Source: a bacterium
GTDB lineage: Bacteria; JADJOY01
Direction: 5' to 3'
DNA: 64,000 bases
Assembly (NCBI GenBank): GCA_046331705.1
Contig: JAXLQJ010000034.1
Coordinates: 1-64,000 of the forward strand
A program made the translations under genes and the position numbers. Positions 29,544 to 38,241 of this stretch are shown here, piece after piece. How positions within the stretch are numbered: position 1 is the stretch's first letter; the number at the start of each line of letters is the position of its first letter. Below the pieces are notes generated by a model. That model ran no database searches and was not told where the DNA came from. It worked only from the letters and a program-made list of their open reading frames with translations.

Positions 29544-29915
29544 ACACGAGCGAGCGGTGGGGGAACCCAGTCGTGCGCCTCGCGGGTGTTGTCTGCGGGG
29601 GGCTGTTCCAGCCCCCCGCCCCACGAAGAGCGCGATCTTCGTGGGGCCCCACCCCCGAGTCACTCGCTGCGCTCGTGCGGCGCCGCTGGCGCCGGCCGAG
29701 CGAAACCGCTCGAGAACCGCGACTGGGTATGGCCATGGTGAGCACGAGCGAGCGGTGGGGGAACTCCGTCGTGCGCCTCGCGGATGCTGTCTGCGGGGGG
29801 CTGTTCCAGCCCCCCACCCCCGAGTCACTCGCTGCGCTCGTGCGGCGCCGCTGGCGCCGGCTGGACGAAGACAGTCGGGAACCCATGCTCGGTGCAGCCA
29901 CGGTGAGCACGAGCG
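29523..29915. repeat. Imperfect tandem repeat (unit starts 29523 and 29721, partial third near 29896) containing GC hairpins
   Basis: gactgggtatggcca...gcggcgccgctggcgccgg duplicated; copy 1 carries an extra 33-nt hairpin at 29618-29650. Confidence 0.9.
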
Positions 29916-29946
29916 CCAGACACGGTGCGAGATTCGAGGCGGTGCG

Positions 29947-31260
29947 ATGAAGACGACGGCGAATGAAAGCTCGCGTCGACGGGCGGCGCGACGTGGAGAT
30001 CCGGGCGCCACGACCGGGTCCGCCTCGACGTCGCGTGCGCGCGCCGCGCGCGAACCCGCGTCCGTCGACGACCTCGCGTACGGCACCGCGATCTGCGTGT
30101 GGCACCCCACGGCGCCCACCGCGCCCGCGATCCGACGCTCCTCGACACGCGCCCGGGCACGCGCCGCCGCACTCGGTCTGCTCGCGCTGGTGCTGGTCGC
30201 CACCGACGCCCGCGCCGCGCGCATCCGCGACATCGCCGACCTGCGCGGCGTGCGCGGCAACGACCTCGTCGGCTACGGCCTGATCGTCGGCCTCGATGGC
30301 ACCGGCGACGACATGGCGGTCACGCGCCAGTCGCTGGCGAGCTTCCTCGATCGCCTCGGCGTCACCCTCGACGAAGCCGAGGTGCGCAAGATGAAGCCGG
30401 ACAACGTCGCGGCGGTCTCGGTGACGGCGGTTCTACCGCCGTTCGCCAGCCCGGGCGCGCGGATCGACGTGATCGTCTCCTCGATCGGCAACGCCAAGAC
30501 CCTCCAGGGCGGCACGCTGCTCATGACTCCGCTACGCGCCGCGGACGGCCACGTCTATGCCGTCGCGCAGGGCCCGATCTCGCTCGGTGGCTTCTCCGCG
30601 CAGAGCAAGGGCGGCGGCGACGTGGCGCAGAAGAACCAGAAGAGCGTCGGTCGAATCCCCGCCGGCGCGCGCGTGGAGCGCGCCGTGGACGTGACGTTCG
30701 AGGGTAGCCGCGACCTCACCTACGCGCTGCGCGAGCCGAGCTTCACCACCGCGCGCCGCGTCGCCGACGCCATCAATCAGGACCTCGGCAGCGCCGCCGC
30801 CATCGCCACCGACGCCGGCACCGTCAAGGTGGCCGTGCCCGAATCCCTCGCGAGCGATGGCGTGGCGGTGGCGGCGCGGCTCGAAGCCCTGAGCGTCGAG
30901 CCGGATCGGCCGGCGCGCGTCGTGATCAACGAACGCACCGGCACCGTGGTGATGGGGGCCGACGTCCGTCTCGCGCGAATCGCGCTCGCCCATGGCGGGC
31001 TCACCATCGAGGTGAACCAGACGATGGGCGTCTCGCAGCCGACCCCCTTCTCCCAAGGCGGTCAGACCGTCGTGGTGCCCAACTCGGACGTGCAAGTCCG
31101 CGAGGAAACGCGACAGCTCGCGGTGGTCGAGCCCGGTGCCACGATCTCGGATCTGGTGCGCGCGCTCAACAGTCTCGCGGTCTCGCCGCGCGATCTGATC
31201 GCCATCCTGCAGGCCATCCGACAGGCGGGCGCCATGGACGCCGAGCTCGAGATCATCTGA
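29947..31260 (+). CDS. flgI: P-ring protein FlgI (true start uncertain, probably further downstream)
   Basis: ARIRDIA..GVRGNDLVGYGLIVGLDGTGD; VVINERTGTVVMG; LQAIRQAGAMDAELEII. Confidence 0.95.
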   Translation: MKTTANESSRRRAARRGDPGATTGSASTSRARAAREPASVDDLAYGTAICVWHPTAPTAPAIRRSSTRARARAAALGLLALVLVATDARAARIRDIADLRGVRGNDLVGYGLIVGLDGTGDDMAVTRQSLASFLDRLGVTLDEAEVRKMKPDNVAAVSVTAVLPPFASPGARIDVIVSSIGNAKTLQGGTLLMTPLRAADGHVYAVAQGPISLGGFSAQSKGGGDVAQKNQKSVGRIPAGARVERAVDVTFEGSRDLTYALREPSFTTARRVADAINQDLGSAAAIATDAGTVKVAVPESLASDGVAVAARLEALSVEPDRPARVVINERTGTVVMGADVRLARIALAHGGLTIEVNQTMGVSQPTPFSQGGQTVVVPNSDVQVREETRQLAVVEPGATISDLVRALNSLAVSPRDLIAILQAIRQAGAMDAELEII

Positions 31261-31306
31261 TGAACCGGCCCGCGATCGCCCCACCCGCCCACCTCGCGCG
31301 GGATGC

Positions 31307-31798
31307 GTGGATGCAGCCATGAAGAGCCCCGATCTCGCCCTGGGTTCCTACACCGCGCCGGAGATCGGGCCGGGGTGGGGCTCGACCCTCGGCATGAACC
31401 GCGCGACCAAGCCACGCGATCCCGCCCAGGTCGCCGAGCAATTCGAGTCGTTGCTGGTGCAGAAGATGGTCGAGTCGATGCGCGCGTCGCTGAGCGGAGA
31501 CGACCTCACGGGCGGACCTGGCTCTGACCTGGCGCGAAACCTGCTAGACGAGACCCTGTGCGCGGCGGTCGCCCACGCCGGCGGTCTGGGGCTCGCCAGA
31601 TCGCTCGGCGCCTCCTTCGCAAGCGGGCCTCCAAGCACGCGAAATGACGCCACAATCGAAATCAACGCGGGCGAGACGGCCCAAGCCTCAAGTCACGCGA
31701 GCGATGTGCCGATGACTAGGGTGCCGAGAACGGTGGAAAGCCCAGAGCAGCAGCGCTCGGCAGAACGGCACCTGGGCAAGGACGGGAACGCACCATGA
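31307..31798 (+). CDS. flgJ: FlgJ-like rod-binding protein without a muramidase domain
   Basis: AEQFESLLVQKMVESMR..GGLGLA; follows flgI. Confidence 0.75.
   Translation: MDAAMKSPDLALGSYTAPEIGPGWGSTLGMNRATKPRDPAQVAEQFESLLVQKMVESMRASLSGDDLTGGPGSDLARNLLDETLCAAVAHAGGLGLARSLGASFASGPPSTRNDATIEINAGETAQASSHASDVPMTRVPRTVESPEQQRSAERHLGKDGNAP
31688..31715 (+). promoter_or_regulatory. sigma28 promoter for flgM (inside the flgJ 3' end)
   Basis: TCAAG-N15-GCCGATGA. Confidence 0.75.
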
Positions 31799-32154
31799 AG
31801 ATCTCGACTCCCCCGAAAACGGAACAAGTGGCCAGCCGATCCCCGGCGAACGCTGCGCGTGCCGCGCAGACCTCGGGTCCGATCGCTCGAGCACGCTCGG
31901 GGCCGAGCCCGGTGGCGGAGGGTGGAGAGGACAAGATCACCCTCTCCAGCACCGCCGCCCAGCTCATCGAGATCGCGAACGCCAGCGAGGACGCCGAGGC
32001 CGCGCATCGGCAACGCCTCGAGCAGCTCAAGGCGCAGGTCGCCAACGACCAGTACCAGGTGAACCCAGCCCGCATCGCGAACGCGATGGTGCGCGACATC
32101 GTCGCCCAAGGCGGCGCAGCCGCCCAGGCGCCGAAGGACGAGTCCACGAGCTAG
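31795..32154 (+). CDS. flgM: Anti-sigma28 factor FlgM
   Basis: DKITLSS..RLEQLKAQVANDQYQVNPARIANAMV. Confidence 0.88.
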   Translation: MKISTPPKTEQVASRSPANAARAAQTSGPIARARSGPSPVAEGGEDKITLSSTAAQLIEIANASEDAEAAHRQRLEQLKAQVANDQYQVNPARIANAMVRDIVAQGGAAAQAPKDESTS

Positions 32155-32212
32155 CGGCTGCGGGCACTCCTCGCTGTTCCGGTCATGGACGACCGGTCAC
32201 GGATGATCGCGC

Positions 32213-32758
32213 ATGGATGCAAGGAATCGCGCTTCCCAGGACGTCGCCGTCGCAGCCGAGGCGCTCGAGCGGGCGTATCGGGCGTTGATCGACCACTGGA
32301 AGGCCGAACGGGCGCTGCTGGCGCGCCCGGAGCCCGGGCGGATCGAGCGCGCGACCATCCGTGAGAGCGAGATCCTCGCGGCGATCGCCGCCGAGGAGGC
32401 GCACCTGCGCCGCGCCGGCGACGCGCTGACGCGCGTGCTCGGCGTCGTTCCGCCCGCCCCGGGCTCCCCGACCGCGGCGAGCGGCGAGGCACCCACGCTG
32501 CTCGTGCTGGTCACGCGCCTCGACGATCCCGCGGCGCGGCAGCGGCTGCGCGATGCGCTGGTCTCCTTGCGCGAGACGGTGCGCACCGCTCGCGCGCTCG
32601 GCAAGGCACAAGCACAGTTCGTGGAACGCGGGCTCCACAGCCTGCAAGACGCCCTCTCCCGCTGGGCACGCGAATCCCGACCGCTGGCGGGCTACGGAGA
32701 CATGGCGCGGCACGTTCCCGCCGCGGCCTCCGGCACTTTCGTGCGAGAGACGGCATGA
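32213..32758 (+). CDS. flgN: FlgN-like export chaperone
   Basis: Helical protein between flgM and flgK with a C-terminal GYG motif. Confidence 0.6.
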   Translation: MDARNRASQDVAVAAEALERAYRALIDHWKAERALLARPEPGRIERATIRESEILAAIAAEEAHLRRAGDALTRVLGVVPPAPGSPTAASGEAPTLLVLVTRLDDPAARQRLRDALVSLRETVRTARALGKAQAQFVERGLHSLQDALSRWARESRPLAGYGDMARHVPAAASGTFVRETA

Positions 32759-34128
32759 GCGACAGCACCACCGCCAGCCTGCTCGGTCTCGGCCGCAGCG
32801 CGCTGCTCACCTCGCAGGCGGGACTGAACGCCGTCGGGCGCAACATCGCCAACGCGTCCACTCCCGGCTATTCGCGACTGCGCACCGAGCTCAGCACGTG
32901 GGTGGGCGGCGGGGTCGCCGCGATCCGGCTCGCGGCGATCCGCGACCACCTCCTCGAGTCGCGGCTACGCGGCGCCACCTCCGAGCAATCGGCTCCCCAG
33001 GCGCGCCACGACATGCTGGTGCGCATCGAGGACCTGCTCCAGGGCACGGACGGCTCGCGCCTGCAGGACAGCGTGAGCAAGCTCTTCGCCTCGTTCTCCG
33101 ACCTCGCCTCGAGCCCCAACGGCCGCACCGAGCGGAACACGGTGCAGTCGCAAGCCTCGTCGCTGGTGTCCACGTTCCACGATCTCGCGAACGAGGTGGC
33201 GCAAGTCCGCGGCGAGACCGAGACCGCGCTGCGCGACCAGCTCCAGGACGTGAACGAGACCGTCGCCCAGGTGGCGCAGCTCAACTCGCTCATCGCCAGC
33301 GCCGTTCCCGGCAGCGCCGACCGCGAAGCGCTCATCGACCAGCGCAACCAGACGCTGCGCACGCTCTCGTCCCGGATCGGGATCGAGGTGACCGAGTCGA
33401 GCGACGCGATGGTGCAAGTCTCCCTGCCCGGCGGCCCGCTGCTGGTGGACTCCGACGGCGTCGCGGGCACGCTCAGCCTCGATCTCTCGAGCGCGACCAC
33501 GGCGGCGATCGATTACGTGCTGCCCGGCGGCACCGGGCTCGACGTGACGACGCTGGTGTCGAGCGGCAGCGTGCGCGGCCTCCTCGACACGCGCAACGAC
33601 GACCTGCCCGCGCTGCAGAATCAGCTCGACACCCTCGCCGCGGCGCTGGTGACCGAGGTGAACGCGCTGCACGCGCCCGGCATCAACGCCAACGGCACCA
33701 GCAACGACTTCTTCCTCGCCACGGGCCTCACCGCCGCCACGCTGTCGCTCGACCCGGCGATCGCCGCCGATCCTGGCAACATCGCCGCAGGCGCCACCGC
33801 GACCGTGGGCGACAACACCGTGGCGCTCGCGATCGCCGGGCTCGCGGACCGGTCGTTGGTGATCGGCGGCGGCAACCCGCAGACCTTCGCGAGCTACATC
33901 TCGAGCGTGTCGGCCGATCTCGGCTCGCGCTCGAAGAACGCGGCCGAGCTCGCCGATTACTCGGAGGGCCTGGTCGCGTCCCTCGACGAGCAACGGGCGC
34001 AGGTCTCGGCGGTGTCCCTCGACGAGGAAGGCACCTACATGCTGTCGTTCCAGCGCTCCTACGAAGCGGCCGCCAAGTTCATCCGTGCCGCCGACGAAGC
34101 GATGCAAGCGACGCTCTCGATGCTCTGA
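32755..34128 (+). CDS. flgK: Hook-associated protein FlgK
   Basis: NIANASTPGYSR; VSAVSLDEE..FQRSYEAAAK. Confidence 0.93.
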   Translation: MSDSTTASLLGLGRSALLTSQAGLNAVGRNIANASTPGYSRLRTELSTWVGGGVAAIRLAAIRDHLLESRLRGATSEQSAPQARHDMLVRIEDLLQGTDGSRLQDSVSKLFASFSDLASSPNGRTERNTVQSQASSLVSTFHDLANEVAQVRGETETALRDQLQDVNETVAQVAQLNSLIASAVPGSADREALIDQRNQTLRTLSSRIGIEVTESSDAMVQVSLPGGPLLVDSDGVAGTLSLDLSSATTAAIDYVLPGGTGLDVTTLVSSGSVRGLLDTRNDDLPALQNQLDTLAAALVTEVNALHAPGINANGTSNDFFLATGLTAATLSLDPAIAADPGNIAAGATATVGDNTVALAIAGLADRSLVIGGGNPQTFASYISSVSADLGSRSKNAAELADYSEGLVASLDEQRAQVSAVSLDEEGTYMLSFQRSYEAAAKFIRAADEAMQATLSML

Positions 34129-34138
34129 GAGGCAGCCC

Positions 34139-35068
34139 ATGATCCGCGTCACGCCCATGAGCGCCTACGCCACGTTCACCCGCAACATCACGCGGTTGGC
34201 GTCGGACATGGCGCGGCTCAACAACGACATCGGCTCGGGCAAGCGCGTGCACCGGCCCTCGGACGATCCCGCGGCCGCCGCGCAGGCGGTGCGGCTGCGC
34301 GCCGATCTCGATCGCTTCGCACAGCTCGATCGCGCCCGCGGCGCCGCCGAAGACCGCCTCAAGACCACCGAGAGCACGCTGGCGGCGGTCGGCGACGTGC
34401 TCTCGCAGGCACGCGTGCTGGCCGTACAGGGCGGCAGCACCCAGGGTGCCGACAGCCGCAACGCCATCGCCGACGGCCTGGAAGGGCTCTTCCAGGACCT
34501 CGCGACGCTCGCGAACACCCGCGACGGCGTGAACTACGTCTTCGCCGGCTACGCCACCGAGACCGCGCCCTTCCCGGTCACCGGCTCGTTCTCGAGCACG
34601 GTGCCGCCGGCGTCCACCATCGCAGTGACGTATGCGGGCACCAGCGACACCACGGAGGCGGAGATCGCGCCCAACGATCACGCCACCGTCGGCTGGCCCG
34701 GCGATCGGATCTTCCTGGGCGGCGGCGACCCGAATCAGGACCTCTTCCAGATCCTCGTGCGGGTGCGCGACGCCGTGCTGTCGGGAGACACCACCGCGGT
34801 GAACGCCGAGCTCGGCAACCTCGACGACGCCATCGATCATATCTCGGGCGCGCGCGGTGAGCTCGGCACGGAGCTTCGACGCGTCCAGGACGCCGAGCAA
34901 CGCCTCACCGAGCGCAAGGCCGACCTCGAGCTGCGCCTCGATGCCGCCCAGGGCGTCGATCTGGTGGGCACCGTCGCCGAGCTGCAGCAGCGCCAGAGCG
35001 CCTATCAGGCGGCCCTCAGTGCCGGATCGTCCTCGCTCGGACTGTCGCTCCTCGACTACCTCGGCTGA
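34139..35068 (+). CDS. flgL: Hook-associated protein FlgL
   Basis: SGKRVHRPSDDP; YVFAG; YQAAL..LSLLDYL. Confidence 0.93.
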   Translation: MIRVTPMSAYATFTRNITRLASDMARLNNDIGSGKRVHRPSDDPAAAAQAVRLRADLDRFAQLDRARGAAEDRLKTTESTLAAVGDVLSQARVLAVQGGSTQGADSRNAIADGLEGLFQDLATLANTRDGVNYVFAGYATETAPFPVTGSFSSTVPPASTIAVTYAGTSDTTEAEIAPNDHATVGWPGDRIFLGGGDPNQDLFQILVRVRDAVLSGDTTAVNAELGNLDDAIDHISGARGELGTELRRVQDAEQRLTERKADLELRLDAAQGVDLVGTVAELQQRQSAYQAALSAGSSSLGLSLLDYLG

Positions 35069-35252
35069 CCGAGCCGAGGGCAGCTCGCGGCGATCTTCGC
35101 GGCTGCTCGGCGCTTCGCACCCACGCCCTTCGCTGGTCCCGAGGGCCGCGGGTCACGGCCGGGTCACGGCCGCTGCGCGGCGTGATCGGGGCGCACGCAT
35201 CCCCACGAAGTCGCACGGCAAAATGCCCGAGATCGAGCGCACCCACCGCCGC

Positions 35253-35279
35253 TCAAGATCTCGCGCTGGCGACCGAAAA
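35253..35279 (+). promoter_or_regulatory. Putative sigma28 promoter for csrA
   Basis: TCAAG-N14-ACCGAAAA. Confidence 0.5.
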
Positions 35280-35358
35280 GACTTGCATCGGACCCACGTC
35301 GAGCGGGCTCGCAGGCAACGCGCCGAGCCCACCGGTCCACAACGAGCGAGGGACTGCC

Positions 35359-35589
35359 ATGTTGGTTCTGACACGCAAGGCTGGTGAAGGGTTTCGGATC
35401 GGCGGCGACATTCGCGTCTCGGTCATCTCCCTCAAGGGAAATTCCGTGCGAATCGGGATCGAGGCCGAGGGCCGCGTTCCGGTCCATCGGGACGAGGTGT
35501 ACCTCCGGATCGAGGACGAGAACCGGCGCGCTGCGGGGCTCCCACCCGTGGACGCCGTGAGCAACGCCGTCGCGGCGTCGAGCGGCTGA
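35359..35589 (+). CDS. csrA: Carbon storage regulator CsrA
   Basis: MLVLTRKAGE..IGGDI..VRIGIEA..VHRDEVY. Confidence 0.95.
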   Translation: MLVLTRKAGEGFRIGGDIRVSVISLKGNSVRIGIEAEGRVPVHRDEVYLRIEDENRRAAGLPPVDAVSNAVAASSG

Positions 35590-35615
35590 GTGGCCGAACG
35601 CGATCCGCTCGCCCC

Positions 35616-35628
35616 GGCAATTCTTGCC
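35616..35628. promoter_or_regulatory. Palindrome GGCAATTCTTGCC, candidate enhancer/regulator site (copy 1)
   Basis: About 75 bp upstream of a sigma54 promoter; identical copy at 40590. Confidence 0.5.
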
Positions 35629-35702
35629 CCTGGGCAACCGCGAGCGCTCGGGGCGGCACGAAAAAAAGCGCGTCGTTTCGCGGCGTGAACGATTCATGGC
35701 GT

Positions 35703-35718
35703 CGGCACGAGGGTTGCT
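35703..35718 (+). promoter_or_regulatory. sigma54 promoter for fliW
   Basis: CGGCACGAGGGTTGCT. Confidence 0.75.
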
Positions 35719-35800
35719 CAGCACCGATGGCGAGACCTGGCCGATCGGGAGCCAACCCACCGAACGAAAGCCTCGTGCCGGGCGAAGGAAGGCCAACGCC

Positions 35801-36331
35801 ATGCAGATCCACACGACTCGCTTCGGTACCATCGACATCGCCAACGACAAGGTGTTGATCGTCGAAGGCGGCCTCATCGGGTTTCCCGAGCTCGAGCGCT
35901 TCGTGCTCCTCGAGCATCGACCCGGCTCGCCGCTGCACTGGCTGCAGAGCATCGAGGATCCGACCATGGCGTTCGTGGTCGCGAACCCACTCTCGTTCTT
36001 CCCCGACTACACGGTGGACGTGAACGAGTCCGATCTCGAGCAGCTCGCGATCCGCGACGTCGAGTCGGTGGCGCTCTTGGCCATCCTCACGATCCGCTCG
36101 GGAGGCCGCGACGTCACCGCGAACCTGGTCGGCCCGCTGCTCATCAACGCCGACAACTTGCGGGGACGCCAGCTCGTCTTGGACCGGCCCGATCTGAGCA
36201 CCCGGCACATCGTGATCTCCCAGCCGATCGAGCAATCGCTGGCGGCGGCGCCGATCGCGACGGCCGAGCCCGATCTCGAGGTTCCGTTCCTGACGCCCGG
36301 CCCCGCCGTCCAGTACGAGCGAGCCACCTGA
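35801..36331 (+). CDS. fliW: Flagellar assembly factor FliW
   Basis: TTRFGTI..GLIGF..WLQS..VTANLVGPLLIN. Confidence 0.95.
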   Translation: MQIHTTRFGTIDIANDKVLIVEGGLIGFPELERFVLLEHRPGSPLHWLQSIEDPTMAFVVANPLSFFPDYTVDVNESDLEQLAIRDVESVALLAILTIRSGGRDVTANLVGPLLINADNLRGRQLVLDRPDLSTRHIVISQPIEQSLAAAPIATAEPDLEVPFLTPGPAVQYERAT

Positions 36332-36386
36332 CTCGCCCCACCGCGGCGCGGGCGGATGCGGCTGCACCGCCCGCACGGCCATCCCC

Positions 36387-36755
36387 GTGACCACCACCGC
36401 GCCCCTCTTCGCCGACCCGCGCGAGCTACTCGCGCGGCTCCTCCTCGGCAGCGCCGCGATCGAAGCCGCCCTCGATCGCGGTGACAGCCACGGCGCTCTC
36501 GACCAGATCCGCCGCCGCGAGCTCCTGGTGCGCTCGCTCACGCAGCAGCTCGCGGGAGCGCCATCGACCTCGATCGACCCGCTTCGCGACCTCTACGCCG
36601 AGCTCGCCGAGCGCGATCGCCGCATCGAGGTCCGTCTCGAGCGCTTGCGCGCCGAGACCATGAACGCGCTGCGCGCCGTGCATCGCGAGCGGCGCAGCTT
36701 GACGTCGTTCCAGGCTCCCGACGCGGGGCCCGCGCTGCTCTCCGACCACGGCTGA
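36387..36755 (+). CDS. Helical hypothetical protein, FliT-like
   Basis: Size, helical pattern (IRRRELL, DRRI) and flagellar context. Confidence 0.5.
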   Translation: MTTTAPLFADPRELLARLLLGSAAIEAALDRGDSHGALDQIRRRELLVRSLTQQLAGAPSTSIDPLRDLYAELAERDRRIEVRLERLRAETMNALRAVHRERRSLTSFQAPDAGPALLSDHG

Positions 36756-36990
36756 CCGCTGGGTATCGGTCTCGGGGCCTCGCGGTCCCGGGCCGTCGAG
36801 CTCCCCGCCCGCGCGCTTCGGCTTCACCGTCCCCCCCACCGCCGTCGAGGTCCGACGCGTTTCGCCGCCCGCGCCGTGCTCGGCGCGCTCGCGCCCATCC
36901 CCGCGCGACGTTCGCGCCGCTCGGGCGCAGCGCATGGCGCCGCGCGTGGCGCCGTGCGTGGCGACGATGGTCCGCAATCGTCCCGACGGC

Positions 36991-37018
36991 TCAAGTTGCC
37001 GAGCGAATTGGTCGATCA
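36991..37018 (+). promoter_or_regulatory. sigma28 promoter of flagellin 1
   Basis: TCAAG-N15-GTCGATCA. Confidence 0.6.
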
Positions 37019-37312
37019 TTCCCCACGAGCGGAGCGCGGCAATGGCGCCGCAGCCGCGAGGAAGAGCCCCAGGCGAGCGACCTCAGGACCGAGGAAAGGA
37101 GGATGCGGTGATTCATCGGATCTCGAATGAGGCGCGCGTCGAGGGCACGACGGCCATGACGGACGTCGAGCAGGCCCCACGGTGCGGCGAGCCAATGGGT
37201 GGCGCGTCGACGGTGCGAGTCACATCCCAAGGGTAAGGAAGCCCTCCCAACGAACACCAACAGGCGCCCCCTTCGTGGGCGCAACAACGACCAACGTAGG
37301 AGGGTTTGAGCC

Positions 37313-38134
37313 ATGGCACTTCGAGTCAACACCAACGTCGGCGCACTGCAAGCCCAACGCGCCCTGAGCCTCGTGTCGTCACGCGTCGATACGAACCTGC
37401 AGCGGTTGTCTTCCGGTCTGCGGATCAACAGCGCGGCGGACGATGCCGCCGGCCTCGCGGTCAGCGAGAAGTTGTCGTCCGACATCCGCGGTTACAACCA
37501 AGCCACGCGCAACGCCAACGACGGCATCAGCTTGATCCAGGTCGGTGAGAGCGCGTTGGGCGAGATCAGCTCCAGCCTGAGCCGTCTTCGCGAGCTGGCG
37601 CTGCAGAGCTCCAACGGCACGCTGGCGAACACCGACCGCAACGCGATCGACAAGGAGTTCCAAGCGCTGGTCTCGGAAATCGACCGAATCGCGTCGACCA
37701 CCGACTTCTCCGGCACGAACCCCATCAACAACACCAACTCGGTGTCGATCCAGGTGGGCCTCAACTCGGGCGGCAACAACGTCATCAGCCTCACCGGCGT
37801 GAACGCCACCAAGACCTCGCTGGGACTCTCGGGTCTCACCGTCTCGACGCAGTCGAACGCCAGCGGCGCGTTGGACAACATCTCCGCTGCGCTCACCAGC
37901 GTCTCCGGGTTCCGCGCGCAGTTCGGCGCCGTGCAGAACCGCCTCCAGGTGTCGATCCGCAACCTGGGCGTCGCCGCCGAGAACTCGACGGCCGCCGCGT
38001 CGCGAATTCGCGACGTGGACGTCGCGAGCGAGGCCAGTGAGCTCGCGAAGAACCAGATCATCCAGCAGGCCGCCGTGGCTTCGCTGGCGCAGGCGAACGT
38101 GTCCGGTCAGCTCGCACTTCGGTTGCTCGGCTGA
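37313..38134 (+). CDS. fliC: Flagellin 1 (short, 273 aa)
   Basis: LSSGLRINSAADDAAGLA; NANDGISL; SRIRDVD. Confidence 0.98.
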   Translation: MALRVNTNVGALQAQRALSLVSSRVDTNLQRLSSGLRINSAADDAAGLAVSEKLSSDIRGYNQATRNANDGISLIQVGESALGEISSSLSRLRELALQSSNGTLANTDRNAIDKEFQALVSEIDRIASTTDFSGTNPINNTNSVSIQVGLNSGGNNVISLTGVNATKTSLGLSGLTVSTQSNASGALDNISAALTSVSGFRAQFGAVQNRLQVSIRNLGVAAENSTAAASRIRDVDVASEASELAKNQIIQQAAVASLAQANVSGQLALRLLG

Positions 38135-38241
38135 TTCGGATCCCTCTCACGCCGACCGGGCGGTCCTCGCCGAGAGCGAAGCCGCCCGGATTGGCGACCC
38201 CCCGCGCCCCGCGGGCGCAGGGGTAGGCCCGAGGAGAAACC

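Noticed and set aside
29523-29915. CRISPR array or coding repeat protein
   Set aside because: Only about two long units with no unique spacers; translations are low-information and the FlgI signal peptide lies downstream
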